Source: a virus
Lineage: Duplodnaviria > Caudoviricetes
DNA length: 53,899 bases
IMG/VR virus record: IMGVR_UViG_3300012942_000054
Span: 1 to 53,899 of that record
Reading direction: 5' to 3' (one strand)
Of the stretch, positions 26,028 through 36,206 are shown piece after piece. Positions within the stretch are counted from its first letter, which is position 1; every line of letters starts with the position of its first letter. The notes beneath the pieces are model-generated. The model did no database searches and was not told the DNA's origin. It worked only from the letters and a program-made list of their open reading frames with translations. Made by a program: the position numbers and the translations under genes.

Positions 26028-26480
26028 ATGTTTCAGGAAAAGCAGGTTTTATACTTTAAGCCATTTTATTTTAATAATGGAAATACTTGCAAGAATAAGT
26101 ATTTTATTGTCCTTAGGAACATAAATAATAAGTCTGTTGTTGCCACATTGCCTACAAGCAAAGATAATGCCCCTGGACTAACCAAGCCTTCTCATGGGTG
26201 TGGCAATCTTGATGACCGAATGTATAGTTGTTATATTATTGAGAAAGGAAGATGTGTATGCTGTAATGGCTTTTCATTTCCCCGGCAAACTTACATTTAC
26301 GGAAATCAGGTTGATACTTTGGATGTTGATATAGTTGAAGAAACTTATAAAATTAAGAACGTCGATTATGAAGAAATAGATGTTTTGACCGACGAAGAAT
26401 ATAACGCCATAGTAAAATGTATTATGTCAAGCCCGAGTGCAAAAGGTAAAATTAAACGGCTATTGTCTGCATCAAAATAA
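26028..26480 (+). CDS. putative toxin, PemK/MazF-like fold
   Basis: Starts immediately after the antitoxin stop; KNKYFIVL...VATLPTS pattern. Confidence 0.5.
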   Translation: MFQEKQVLYFKPFYFNNGNTCKNKYFIVLRNINNKSVVATLPTSKDNAPGLTKPSHGCGNLDDRMYSCYIIEKGRCVCCNGFSFPRQTYIYGNQVDTLDVDIVEETYKIKNVDYEEIDVLTDEEYNAIVKCIMSSPSAKGKIKRLLSASK

Positions 26481-26494
26481 TTTCAATAAACAAC

Positions 26495-27121
26495 ATGAAA
26501 AAGCTAATCTTACTACTTGCAATTTTAGTCCCCGCTTTAAGCTGGGGGCAATTTAATGTATCTGTCAATGGGGGGTATTTGGCATCTGTGCCAATGCTCG
26601 ACAATGATTTGACGGGGCTTGGAATAAAATCAGATTATAACCCTATTTTCGGCGTCAAGGCTGGATATGGTTTGTCTAATTTTAATGTCGGCATAAGGAT
26701 AGATATGTATTCAGCAGGATTTAAAAGCGAAATTAGCATTACGGGTAAAAATGGAGAGCCTGTATTTAATGGATATTCCCACCAAAAACAGCCTTATTAT
26801 GGGGTTTCCCCCAGCCTTTTTGCAGAATATAAAGTACATAATCTACATTTCGGAATAAATGCAGGATTAATACTATCAAGCAAGATAAATACACATATCA
26901 ATAACCCTCCATTAGAATGGTCAAAGAACACGACAAGGAATTATAAAAGCACATACTATTCATTTGGCATTCAGGCATCTTACCAAATACATCTGATTGA
27001 TAAACTTTCGATAGTACCTGAAATTTCCCCACGAATAATTATTAATTCAGAGAATCAAAAAGGGGGTATAAATTCTTACTTTATTGCTCCCCTTACAATC
27101 GGATTAAATTATCAGTTTTAG
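26495..27121 (+). CDS. outer-membrane beta-barrel protein
   Basis: Signal peptide SWG|Q, alternating beta strands, terminal GLNYQF. Confidence 0.8.
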   Translation: MKKLILLLAILVPALSWGQFNVSVNGGYLASVPMLDNDLTGLGIKSDYNPIFGVKAGYGLSNFNVGIRIDMYSAGFKSEISITGKNGEPVFNGYSHQKQPYYGVSPSLFAEYKVHNLHFGINAGLILSSKINTHINNPPLEWSKNTTRNYKSTYYSFGIQASYQIHLIDKLSIVPEISPRIIINSENQKGGINSYFIAPLTIGLNYQF

Positions 27122-30100
27122 CGCATTCGATTTACCAAAATCGTTTTACCGCTCCCATTTTTTATGGACTTCATAAGTTCCCCGTTTTTCCAAAAGAAAT
27201 GGATTTCCTGCTTATTTTTGATAGTGTTTTCGAGCTTATCAAGTTTGCGTAAATTCTGTTCAAATGCGCCGATTAAAGCCTGTGAATAATCGTTAGGCGT
27301 TACCGGTTGATTTATCATATTGACCTTGTTTAAGGCCATGAGGTGCGCCCGGTCAAGCAATTCTTTATGAGGTATAACCTCCGTATGTTTTGGTAAATCC
27401 ATAACTGTAGCTATATTGGGGGTTACAAAGGATTGCCCGGACGGTAAATTAATCAATTCCCGGCCTTTTTCCCCGACAACGGCCAGACCGCCGGGGTGGT
27501 CATCTGTACCTGTGGCATATTGTGGCAATGGAGCGGCGGCGGCAATCGCCAATTCAGCAGCACCGGCAGCAGCAGCCGCAATTGCTCTTGGTATTCTTGT
27601 ATAAGGGTCGCCATCAGTGTACGCTTTAATTACCGCTTCGGCGGTATTAAGGATGATATTCATCATTGCCTGCTCCTTTTGCGCCTGTGCTAATTGCTTT
27701 TGTCTTTGCTTCTTTTCATTATCCAAAGCCTTTTCTTGTGCGGCTAAACGTGCATTAGCGGCCTCTGTTGCAGCATCTTTTTCCTCTTGGCTCATCATGC
27801 TGCTATTAATGCCGTCAATCTCTGTTTTGTTCTTTTCTTCTAATGCTGTTTTCTGCTGGTCAAGTGCATCAATTTCGGCTTGTGCATTATTATTGGATAT
27901 GGTGCTGACGATATTTATTAAGTCCTGCTCAATACCGAATGCGGTATCTCTCCATGCCTTTTCTAATGATTCTTTCTTCGCAACAGAATCTTTATAGTTC
28001 GCTACATCTGTTTCGTATAGTTTTTTCTTTTTGTCGGTTAAGTCCTTTTCAATAGCAGCCCTTGTATCCGCATCTAATTGGGATGTTTTTAAGTAATTCT
28101 GTATGGCGGTAATTTGATTATCAAGTGTTTCTTTTTGGGCGTTTCTCTGTATCTCCTTAACCTTATCGTTATATTCCTTGACATTGATTTCGCCTTTCAA
28201 AAGTGCGTCACTCAAAGCCTTGATTTGGGCTTCAGCAATATTTTGATAATATTGCTGAATGCCGTCCATTGATTGACCTAATTCCTTAATAATCCGTTGG
28301 TCGCTGCTCTTGATGATACTCAATCTTGCCTTGGTAGCATCTTGTTGAAGCTCTTGAACGTGCAAATTGTGGGCATCAATCAAAGTTTGTTCCTTTAATT
28401 GAAGCACCTGTTTTTGTTCTAAAAGTCGCTGTTCCTGTTTCGTTCTTTTGTCCGCACTTTTCGCTTCAATTTGTTCAATCTTAGCTAATTTGCCCTCAAT
28501 CTGACTAAGTTCAACCCCGCTTTCTAATTCATACAAAGCGATTTTATCCTGAACATATTTACTGTACGCGTCAAGACGTATTTGCATATTCTCCTTTTCG
28601 TCATCAAATATGGCTTTTTGGGTTGCTGCATCCGTTTCAATTTGTTGTTTATTGAAAGCTGCTCTTGCCGCTGCCAGTTCGTCCATTGCTTTTAATTCAG
28701 CATTGGTGGTGTCTGTAATATGCTTTGCTTTTTCTTTATTTTTGGCTGCTCTGTCATTACCGGAAGTATCCAACTCTCCAGTTAATTTTAATTGTTCTTG
28801 CAATTGTTGTGACACTTGCTCTTGAGCAACTTTTGTTTCTATAATGGCATCACGATACTTTTTTGTTTCTAACTGGGCATCAGAAACAGTAGCAGCGCTC
28901 GATACTGTTCCTGCCGTTGCAATACCTTTGGTAACATCCCAAACCTTTTGCAATGTTTTTCCGTGTTCGCTCCATAAAATATCATTTTTCGCAATTGCCT
29001 TCGATTCTGCAACTGTTGAGGCAGAAAGCTTGTCTCGGAGGTCTAATTCCTGCTCATACAATTTGGTTAACTTATTTTCCAGACCCCTGGCTTTCGCTGC
29101 ATTCATAATAGCAGGTATAAGCTTGTTATTAATTGTATCAGCAAGTCCTCCGTTCAGCGCATCTTCTTTTGATATTTGCTTCAAATATGAAGGATATAAA
29201 TCTACGGCTTTATTGTATGCTTCCAGACGCTTTGACATAGACAAATTAGTGTTTGTCATGGTGCCATTTAATTCTTTAAGAGTCGCCACTTGCGCTCCTG
29301 CTTGATTTCTTCCTGATTCATAGGCATCATTTAATGCTTTTTGTCGCTCCTCCTGCTCTTTCATAGCTTCTGTTACTCCACCAATCCTATCGCCATATTG
29401 AATCAATAAAGTAATACCCACAATCAATAATGTTTGCCAGCTAAATATTGATTTACCAACTTCCCTTAAAGCACCCCTCCACCCTCTTACTTCACCTGTA
29501 GCGTCATCAACGCTTCTCGCCACATTACTAAACTGCTCTGCAAACATTGGCAGGTTATTGGACAATGCCATAAACCCGGTGCGTGCTGATAAAGCGAAGT
29601 TGGGAGCTTCCCTTAATAACTGGTTGGTTTCAAACATCAGGGCATTGTAATTTCCGACATTCCGTTGGCTCTGACCTACTGATTGCTCAATGTCAAAAAG
29701 TCCCTTATGCAGACCCAAAGCATTCGCACTCGCATCTTTGAAAGCCGCCGCCATTTGCTTTAATTGTTCCGTGGTGCCCGTCCCTGAACGCTGCATATTG
29801 AAATATTCAGCGCCCAGTTTCTTAGCGGCGTTGGCCGCCTCGGTATATTCGAGTTTTAATTGCTCATAAGCGTTGTTTTGCTTGGCAATTTCGGCTTCTT
29901 CCCTCGCCCTCGAACGGGCTAATTGGTCGATTACTCGTTGATTATTGGAGTTCAATTTGGCTTCTTCCGCTAATTCTCTATTCCTTTCTCGTAGTTTGAG
30001 TGTTTCAGCGGCCAACTTTTTAGCATCTTCATCTTCAAGAGCAAGCAATCTATTTTGTGTTTGCTCTAATTTGTTTTGGATTTTCTCTAATTCGGTAAGG

Positions 30101-30279
30101 GCGGCAGCTTTTGCCTTCACACCGCTACCTGACCCAGAAGCGGAATTTTGCGTTACACTATTCAGGGCGTTATTAGTTTCCACAATCTTCTTAGCCAGCT
30201 CATCCAGCTTTGATATTGCAGAATCAATCTCTTTTTCCGCTCCACTCCCAATTATACTCGATATATATTCCTCGGCCAT
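27118..30279 (-). CDS. tail tape measure protein
   Basis: 1053 aa, A/E/K/Q-rich helical; QRNVGNY and YATGT...VVGEKGRELI motifs; gene position. Confidence 0.88.
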   Translation of the reverse strand: MAEEYISSIIGSGAEKEIDSAISKLDELAKKIVETNNALNSVTQNSASGSGSGVKAKAAALTELEKIQNKLEQTQNRLLALEDEDAKKLAAETLKLRERNRELAEEAKLNSNNQRVIDQLARSRAREEAEIAKQNNAYEQLKLEYTEAANAAKKLGAEYFNMQRSGTGTTEQLKQMAAAFKDASANALGLHKGLFDIEQSVGQSQRNVGNYNALMFETNQLLREAPNFALSARTGFMALSNNLPMFAEQFSNVARSVDDATGEVRGWRGALREVGKSIFSWQTLLIVGITLLIQYGDRIGGVTEAMKEQEERQKALNDAYESGRNQAGAQVATLKELNGTMTNTNLSMSKRLEAYNKAVDLYPSYLKQISKEDALNGGLADTINNKLIPAIMNAAKARGLENKLTKLYEQELDLRDKLSASTVAESKAIAKNDILWSEHGKTLQKVWDVTKGIATAGTVSSAATVSDAQLETKKYRDAIIETKVAQEQVSQQLQEQLKLTGELDTSGNDRAAKNKEKAKHITDTTNAELKAMDELAAARAAFNKQQIETDAATQKAIFDDEKENMQIRLDAYSKYVQDKIALYELESGVELSQIEGKLAKIEQIEAKSADKRTKQEQRLLEQKQVLQLKEQTLIDAHNLHVQELQQDATKARLSIIKSSDQRIIKELGQSMDGIQQYYQNIAEAQIKALSDALLKGEINVKEYNDKVKEIQRNAQKETLDNQITAIQNYLKTSQLDADTRAAIEKDLTDKKKKLYETDVANYKDSVAKKESLEKAWRDTAFGIEQDLINIVSTISNNNAQAEIDALDQQKTALEEKNKTEIDGINSSMMSQEEKDAATEAANARLAAQEKALDNEKKQRQKQLAQAQKEQAMMNIILNTAEAVIKAYTDGDPYTRIPRAIAAAAAGAAELAIAAAAPLPQYATGTDDHPGGLAVVGEKGRELINLPSGQSFVTPNIATVMDLPKHTEVIPHKELLDRAHLMALNKVNMINQPVTPNDYSQALIGAFEQNLRKLDKLENTIKNKQEIHFFWKNGELMKSIKNGSGKTILVNRMR

Positions 30280-30977
30280 TACCTATTGTTTTTAGATTTT
30301 TGTAGTTCAAAATACCTTACCATGCTTCTATACCTGACAGCAAAGTCAAATGCGCTTATCTCACTTGCTTTTATTTCATAGCCGGCGTGTTTGCTTAATG
30401 CGAATAATCCGGCGGCAAAATCATCATAGGTTATCGGCTTATGACCTTTACTTGTCTTTTTTTCATTGTCCTTTTCCCGCAACCTAAGCACCCAATGTTT
30501 ACTACGGGTTATCACTCTTGATAAGTCCTTTTGAAAAGCCTCCTTGTCATTAGCATCGAAAGCAAAATTGTACCCCAATTGTTTCAGGATTCCGATAACA
30601 CCATTATCGTACCTTTTGGCAAGCACTTGTACCGCCAATTGCACCATCATTGTTTTAGAGCGAAGCACCTCCAAATCAACCTGCTCCTCCATCATAAATC
30701 CGTAATTGTGGTCTATTGTATCGGCATACTCCATGTAAATGTCCACCCATGCTTTGTTGAGTTCCTCCAATCCCGGATTACCCTCAATAGCCAACAGGCT
30801 CAAATCGGCCTCAACGCACACCTTTTGAAACAATTCAAAACTTATCTGCCGTGCCGAAGTATAGAATTTCGACAAGTTTTTCACTTCTGATTGTTTCTTC
30901 GGTAACTTCCGAAAAGTCAAAACACGTGTCGCAATTCTTAATAATAGCGATTTCTGTAAGCCCGTTTTTTCTTGCAT
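30279..30977 (-). CDS. tail assembly protein (true start probably near 30876-30885)
   Basis: Directly upstream of the tape measure; 5' part overlaps the upstream ORF. Confidence 0.6.
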   Translation of the reverse strand: MQEKTGLQKSLLLRIATRVLTFRKLPKKQSEVKNLSKFYTSARQISFELFQKVCVEADLSLLAIEGNPGLEELNKAWVDIYMEYADTIDHNYGFMMEEQVDLEVLRSKTMMVQLAVQVLAKRYDNGVIGILKQLGYNFAFDANDKEAFQKDLSRVITRSKHWVLRLREKDNEKKTSKGHKPITYDDFAAGLFALSKHAGYEIKASEISAFDFAVRYRSMVRYFELQKSKNNR

Positions 30978-31047
30978 AACTTTTAGCCAATTGGTAGGTT
31001 TCCGCCCTTTGTTTTTTCTTGCTTTCGCAATCTATACACTCGCTCAT
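30835..31047 (-). CDS. small Cys-containing protein
   Basis: ATGA overlap with 31044-31535; MSECIDC. Confidence 0.6.
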   Translation of the reverse strand: MSECIDCESKKKQRAETYQLAKSYARKNGLTEIAIIKNCDTCFDFSEVTEETIRSEKLVEILYFGTADKF

Positions 31048-31535
31048 TGCATGTTTGTTTTTGCCCCCGTTATCTCGGCAATCCTACGCACCAAGAGGGG
31101 CGTTAATACATTGTTTCGATACTGTTCCTTATTGTCCGTATTCAGGCCGAAAATGCGCCCCTTTACGCTTATTTTATTTGCGCTGTCATGCTCCCCGTTT
31201 TCATACGCTTGCGCCTCCCCTCTTGACATTATCGTCATTTTCTCCCCTTCTAACTTTACAGACATTGAGCTAAAAGATTCGCCGGTATAGCGCATATCGT
31301 ATCGTCCGCCATTATTCGGGTTCATCGACTGCTTAATATCGCCGTATTCCCGACCTTCAATTTTGTAACGCTTGTAATACGGCAAATCCGCCCCATCGCT
31401 TCCCTCGCCGTTCAGTAGCTGCTCCTGGTTCAAATGGATAATATCGTCCGAAGTTTCGCCGATAATATCCTTTGTTTCCTCCATGACATCCACTGAACGC
31501 CAACGCCTCAATAATTCAGCAATAGATACCGCCAT
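31044..31535 (-). CDS. neck/tail-completion protein
   Basis: NQEQLLNG...DMRYTGESF...IFGLN; position. Confidence 0.55.
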   Translation of the reverse strand: MAVSIAELLRRWRSVDVMEETKDIIGETSDDIIHLNQEQLLNGEGSDGADLPYYKRYKIEGREYGDIKQSMNPNNGGRYDMRYTGESFSSMSVKLEGEKMTIMSRGEAQAYENGEHDSANKISVKGRIFGLNTDNKEQYRNNVLTPLLVRRIAEITGAKTNMQ

Positions 31536-31555
31536 AATTCAGGGTTTGATAGTTC

Positions 31556-31588
31556 AAAAAAAAGAGGGGCTATTTAGCGCCCCTCTTA
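31556..31588 (-). terminator. intrinsic terminator
   Basis: AAGAGGGGC-GCTAAATA-GCCCCTCTT followed by a T tract on the minus strand. Confidence 0.8.
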
Positions 31589-31845
31589 GTTGTTGTCGTT
31601 TTCTTCCGGGCTGTCCCTTTCGCCAACGGTTCGGCGGCTTCCTTTACAACCGGCTTCGGGTTTGGATTAATGCCGCACATAATGCAGCACTTTTTCCAAA
31701 CGCCGGCTAATATTGTTCGCCGTTCCTCCATAGGTAGTTTTTTATGCTCCCCCGCATCAATACGGGATTGCACCCACCCGTCCATGTCCTGACGGGCTAC
31801 CCACTTGGCATTATAGCCAACACCATTATATTTCAGCACTTTCAT
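31570..31845 (-). CDS. hypothetical protein (possible tail chaperone)
   Basis: Coupled to the major tail gene. Confidence 0.6.
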   Translation of the reverse strand: MKVLKYNGVGYNAKWVARQDMDGWVQSRIDAGEHKKLPMEERRTILAGVWKKCCIMCGINPNPKPVVKEAAEPLAKGTARKKTTTTKRGAK

Positions 31846-32834
31846 TATGCCGCAATTTTGATGGTTTGGGATTCAAAGGTGTTGCCTTCGGGACTTACCA
31901 CGTCAGCAGCAGACAGTACACTCGGAGCGGCTAATGCAATTGACAGTTTTTGGCTGCCGGTCGGATAATCCGTATCGGAAGTGTCCAAAGTCAACTTAAA
32001 GCCGGCCGCAACAGCAGTAACCGCCGTAACGGTAATATCCCCACCGGTAGCTGCGTTTTTCACGACCCATAAAGACGGGCTGGCCAGTTCGGTAGCAAAC
32101 AAGTCCACTAGTGATTGACCACCACAACCGGACATGGCCGCAATGGTTTTTTCTCCGGCAGTTGCACCGGAAGGTGTCAGGTTTTGCAGATTGACATCCA
32201 AAATACCTAATACCTCTTTCAGCACGTCAAACGGTTCGTCAGATTCCAATACGAAACCAAAGCGGTCATTCAACTGCGCTTCGTCAGTCAAAGAGAATTT
32301 GATTTCATACATGGCCATATTAGAACCGTCCGCAAACTTCATTTTCGGCACATAAATCTGTGAAAGGTTATAGCCGCCTAATGTTGGTTCGCCGGAAGTG
32401 CTGTCAATGACAATCGTACCCATGATGGCCTGCTGTTTGTCAATAAACAGTACATCAAACCGATTTTCCTGGTCTTTAAATGAGCGCAATTGAGTGTGAA
32501 AACACTTAGAACCATTGACGACCTGGAATTGTACCCGGTACTGACCGTCACGGAGAGAATATTCACTGCCGTATCCCAAAGTTTGAGAAACCGCATCTTC
32601 GGAATTATCCGTAATGGCTTCAAAGCGCCCGATAGGATAAATGCGGGTCTTTTTGTCATCAGTATTTGCCAGCGAAATCAAGGTGGATTTGAAATTGTCC
32701 ACATCAGAGGCCGTAAAGCGTTTCCCTTTCGGGATTAAGATTGCCCCGATAATCTCTTTCGGGTCAAAGGTACACGCCGGGATACCTGTGTTTAGAATGG
32801 CTGAGCCGCAACTCAACCCGTTTATCGTTGCCAT
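31845..32834 (-). CDS. major tail (tube) protein
   Basis: 329 aa, NTGIPAC N-terminus, Ig-like C-terminus, position after neck genes. Confidence 0.65.
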   Translation of the reverse strand: MATINGLSCGSAILNTGIPACTFDPKEIIGAILIPKGKRFTASDVDNFKSTLISLANTDDKKTRIYPIGRFEAITDNSEDAVSQTLGYGSEYSLRDGQYRVQFQVVNGSKCFHTQLRSFKDQENRFDVLFIDKQQAIMGTIVIDSTSGEPTLGGYNLSQIYVPKMKFADGSNMAMYEIKFSLTDEAQLNDRFGFVLESDEPFDVLKEVLGILDVNLQNLTPSGATAGEKTIAAMSGCGGQSLVDLFATELASPSLWVVKNAATGGDITVTAVTAVAAGFKLTLDTSDTDYPTGSQKLSIALAAPSVLSAADVVSPEGNTFESQTIKIAA

Positions 32835-33382
32835 ATTTTTGAATTTTCAGGTTTACAATAATTTTGTTCGTACTTAATCTTTAATCCATTGAGTTCAATA
32901 GCATCTAAGAAATCAGAAAATATATTTGCCCGATTTCCGTATTTCCCCTCAACGCCCCAATAAGGCCGTATGATTTTGTTATGTGGGAATTGATACCCCC
33001 GGAAATACGGAAAGGATTTAATCTGCGACACCAGCTCTTTATAAATTGGCTCTAAGATTGGATTGATAACCGATTGATACCGGTCTTCCGACTTGTATTC
33101 GGTCTTGGATGAATAACAGATAATCAGGGTTAAGTTGGCTATTGAGGTATCATCGGATACCGATTCTTTAATATCCTCAAATAAGGCAATAAGCGGGTAC
33201 TTCTTATTATAGAAGCTCTCCGATTCGTCAAACTGCCTTAGCGTTGTATCAATTTCAGAATAATGGCCGTGTTCATAATGGATTGTTTTAATGTTCGCAT
33301 CAACAGCCTGCAACGCCGGTAAAACTTTTGATTCTACCCGTGAAACTATATCAGCGAACATCTCTACAATCTGATTACTCAT
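32822..33382 (-). CDS. tail terminator-like protein
   Basis: KKYPLIAL...ILEPIY...DAIEL; position. Confidence 0.55.
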   Translation of the reverse strand: MSNQIVEMFADIVSRVESKVLPALQAVDANIKTIHYEHGHYSEIDTTLRQFDESESFYNKKYPLIALFEDIKESVSDDTSIANLTLIICYSSKTEYKSEDRYQSVINPILEPIYKELVSQIKSFPYFRGYQFPHNKIIRPYWGVEGKYGNRANIFSDFLDAIELNGLKIKYEQNYCKPENSKIWQR

Positions 33383-33855
33383 AACCCAAATTCATTTATC
33401 CGGTCTGTCAAAAAACAATCTGTTTCATCAATCTTAAATTCAGGGAAAATGACCTTGTTGTCGCATAGATACTTTCTGACCTTCCTTGTCAATTTGGACA
33501 TTAAGTTCCATGCCCTGACCATCCGGTAAACTTCGGGCGCACGGTCAGAATTTTCATTCTTACTCCGTGCATCCCCGGCACCGGTGGCCATAATCCCTAA
33601 GTCACGCTGATAATTAAAGAAAACATACCCGGCAATCGGCGAGGGCTTTTTGGTCAATATATCCTGCAAATCGTCAAACCGTGGGTCTAACGGCGTTGCA
33701 TTGAATAAAGCGGCAAAGTCCTCTCCTAATGCTTTTTCAATGTATTCCGGCTCGTAAGTGTCAATGTAATACTGTAACTTTTCAGCAACAGGCGCATGGC
33801 TCTTTTGAGCAATGGAAAATTCATTGAAGAAATATGTTTGGTCTATCAGGCTCAT
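33379..33855 (-). CDS. head-tail connector
   Basis: LIDQTYF...SPIAGYVFF...AWN; position. Confidence 0.55.
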   Translation of the reverse strand: MSLIDQTYFFNEFSIAQKSHAPVAEKLQYYIDTYEPEYIEKALGEDFAALFNATPLDPRFDDLQDILTKKPSPIAGYVFFNYQRDLGIMATGAGDARSKNENSDRAPEVYRMVRAWNLMSKLTRKVRKYLCDNKVIFPEFKIDETDCFLTDRINEFGL

Positions 33856-34128
33856 TTATTTTCCGTTTTTCGCTTTGGACTTTGTCTTTGCGGTTACTTT
33901 CTTAGCTGCCGGAGTTTGCCCGGCAACTGTTTCTACAACTTCATCAACATGTTCCGGGGCTTCATTTACCAGTTCTTGAGCCGGCTCAGATACTGACACC
34001 TTGCCGGGGAGGGCGGCTATCCCACTATTAATGAGATAGTCCGCCTGCGGCTTGTCGGCCTCAAAATGACGCCCTTTCTTACCCAAATGCTTATTGTCTT
34101 TCAACAGGATTAATTCGATTAATTCCAT
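33856..34128 (-). CDS. small head-associated protein
   Basis: ADYLINSGIA motif, Lys-rich tail, follows the capsid gene. Confidence 0.55.
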   Translation of the reverse strand: MELIELILLKDNKHLGKKGRHFEADKPQADYLINSGIAALPGKVSVSEPAQELVNEAPEHVDEVVETVAGQTPAAKKVTAKTKSKAKNGK

Positions 34129-34147
34129 GATTAAAAATTTGTGCTAC

Positions 34148-35386
34148 TTAAGTAGTAGCTGTTTTGTCAATTTCTGCCACAACTGTATCCAAATCGTAAT
34201 ATGCAAGCGCTTTCTTACGGTTGTCAGAGATATAGTCATGGTAGCGAACTTCGCCCACAACAGAATACTGGTTGCGTTGGAAATCGTCATTGTTCCAACC
34301 CAATTTCAGCACGAAATCTTTGTAGATGTCCACCTTGTATTGAGAAATGTCGCCGACCAAAACTTTGCCGGTTGCTACCTTATTCGCTTCACGCATCATA
34401 GCGTTCAGCTCATCCGTAAACGGAGGTTTCAGGTAAGAACCGTTGTTGTTCTTGGTCATATCCATCAAGGCCGCCGTAAGCGGATTCAGGGCAATGAAGT
34501 TGGCGGTGTAATTATTAGAAGCAACCTGCGCAACACCGGCACGGATAGCATCCCAATAGTTCGCATCTTGGACTTTACCGTCAAAGTATGTGGTCGTAAA
34601 TCCGGGAGCGGCTGCAATCACATTGGTATAGATGGCATCGTCAAATTTGCGGATTACATCTTCCATCAACATCCGGCGCACCTGAGTGGCCAATCCCGGA
34701 AGGTCGTCTTCAAATTCCTCGGTAATTTTTACCATACCGGCAATTTTCTTGGCGATTGACAATTCTACCTTGAAATCATAATCAACAAGCGGCTTGGCTG
34801 CACCTTCCGCAACGGTATCAGGCGCACCTTCTCCAGCAATCTCATTTAACCATGCTAAACGGCTTTGGTTTGTGCGACCCAAATCCACATAGTTCATGAT
34901 GAAGTTGGGATTCTTCTTGGTGTCGAACAGTTCCAAAATGTTACCGCCGATTCCGGGAGCATAGGGGCTGTCTGGAGGATTGTCCATTGCGGCAATGGAG
35001 TTGGTAATAGACACAACACCGGCGGCTTTCAAGCTAATTTCGATACTACCGAAACCTTGTGCTTTTATTTTTGCCAGTTCATCCTTTTTCTCCTGTAACA
35101 GAGTTTCGATTGACTTTACCTGATGACCATTTTTCAATGTCAGGGATTCGGCAATCTTATTGCCTTGCTCTTTGGCAATATCCTCCAGCTTTTGCAGCTT
35201 TTGGTTTACTTCGCTCAGGCATTCGCCTTTGAATTTTTCAAATTCATCGCCGGTAATTAACCCTTTGCGTTTTTCCTCAACAAGTCCGATTAATTTTTCT
35301 TCAATCGCCTGTGATTCTTTCTTTACTTGTTCGGCGGCCTCTTTACCTAACTTGGCAACCAGCTCGTCAAATTGCTTTTGTTCCAT
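34148..35386 (-). CDS. major capsid protein (HK97 fold)
   Basis: Coiled-coil delta domain, VAEGAAKP, KKIAGMVKITEE.EDD, LVGD, F.RN. Confidence 0.92.
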   Translation of the reverse strand: MEQKQFDELVAKLGKEAAEQVKKESQAIEEKLIGLVEEKRKGLITGDEFEKFKGECLSEVNQKLQKLEDIAKEQGNKIAESLTLKNGHQVKSIETLLQEKKDELAKIKAQGFGSIEISLKAAGVVSITNSIAAMDNPPDSPYAPGIGGNILELFDTKKNPNFIMNYVDLGRTNQSRLAWLNEIAGEGAPDTVAEGAAKPLVDYDFKVELSIAKKIAGMVKITEEFEDDLPGLATQVRRMLMEDVIRKFDDAIYTNVIAAAPGFTTTYFDGKVQDANYWDAIRAGVAQVASNNYTANFIALNPLTAALMDMTKNNNGSYLKPPFTDELNAMMREANKVATGKVLVGDISQYKVDIYKDFVLKLGWNNDDFQRNQYSVVGEVRYHDYISDNRKKALAYYDLDTVVAEIDKTATT

Positions 35387-35396
35387 CTTTAAAGTT

Positions 35397-36203
35397 TTAA
35401 TGGTTGAAAAATGTGGTTTCCCGAATGGCTTTGTCTATGTCAAAAGCCGTTTTTGTCTGCGGGTCGCTTTTTTCAACCAGTGAACTTTTGTCCGGGTGGT
35501 TTTCTGCGAGTGCTTCTGTGTTCTGCGAGTTGCGCTTTAGTTCGTCCTTTTTATCAGACACTTGCGCAAGTGCAATATTTTTACTGATAATCTGCCGTGC
35601 CTTATATTGAACATCATGCGGCAAATCTTTAATAAGTTGTTCTGTTTCTTTCTGTACCTTTTCCCATTCTTGCTCAAATGCTTCTCCTTTCAATCCGGCG
35701 AAATAGGTAAGTTCATTTGCCCCCATCGTTACCACACTACCTTCAAAAAGGTTAACCTCTTTAACGATAAAGGCATCCAATTCCTCGTTGTACTCTATCT
35801 TATCCCACACATAGGCAAATCCGATAGAGAACTGATTTAAGGTGCCAGACTTCAATTGAGCCAAAGCCCGTTTTGCATCCGGTACAGATTCGGGGTCGTC
35901 GAGGATTGCCTCGAAGTAAAGCCCGTAATCATCTTCTTTCAATACCGTAAACCGGCCAATAGGATTCTTTATGTCATGCTGCCAGCAGAAAGCTATTTTC
36001 CGGTTAGTTTCGCTATCAACGCCTCTATTTTTCAGGGAACGGGCAAAACATCCTTTAACCAAAATATCCCGGTCGCTGTCAATATTTCCAAAAACAGCAA
36101 GGTAGCCGGACACCGTTCTACTGTTCTCATCGTAAGATGAATTTTCAATAGAAATAGCTTTAAATTGTACCGGAGCATACGGTTTGCGTTTTGTCGTATT
36201 CAT
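35397..36203 (-). CDS. HK97-family prohead protease
   Basis: GYLAVFGNIDSDRD, WQHD, FSIGF, LFEGSVV. Confidence 0.93.
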   Translation of the reverse strand: MNTTKRKPYAPVQFKAISIENSSYDENSRTVSGYLAVFGNIDSDRDILVKGCFARSLKNRGVDSETNRKIAFCWQHDIKNPIGRFTVLKEDDYGLYFEAILDDPESVPDAKRALAQLKSGTLNQFSIGFAYVWDKIEYNEELDAFIVKEVNLFEGSVVTMGANELTYFAGLKGEAFEQEWEKVQKETEQLIKDLPHDVQYKARQIISKNIALAQVSDKKDELKRNSQNTEALAENHPDKSSLVEKSDPQTKTAFDIDKAIRETTFFNH

Positions 36204-36206
36204 TTC

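Noticed and set aside
30835-30977. Programmed -1 frameshift joining 30835-31047 to 30279-30977 (tail chaperone style)
   Set aside because: The downstream frame is +1 relative to the upstream one and I saw no in-frame X XXY YYZ site that would join them; an independent GTG/TTG start is simpler
34094-34759. Long antisense ORFs in the track (e.g. 34094-34759, 40395-40943, 3299-3826, 28844-29305)
   Set aside because: Shadow frames opposite well-supported genes, with no recognisable motifs
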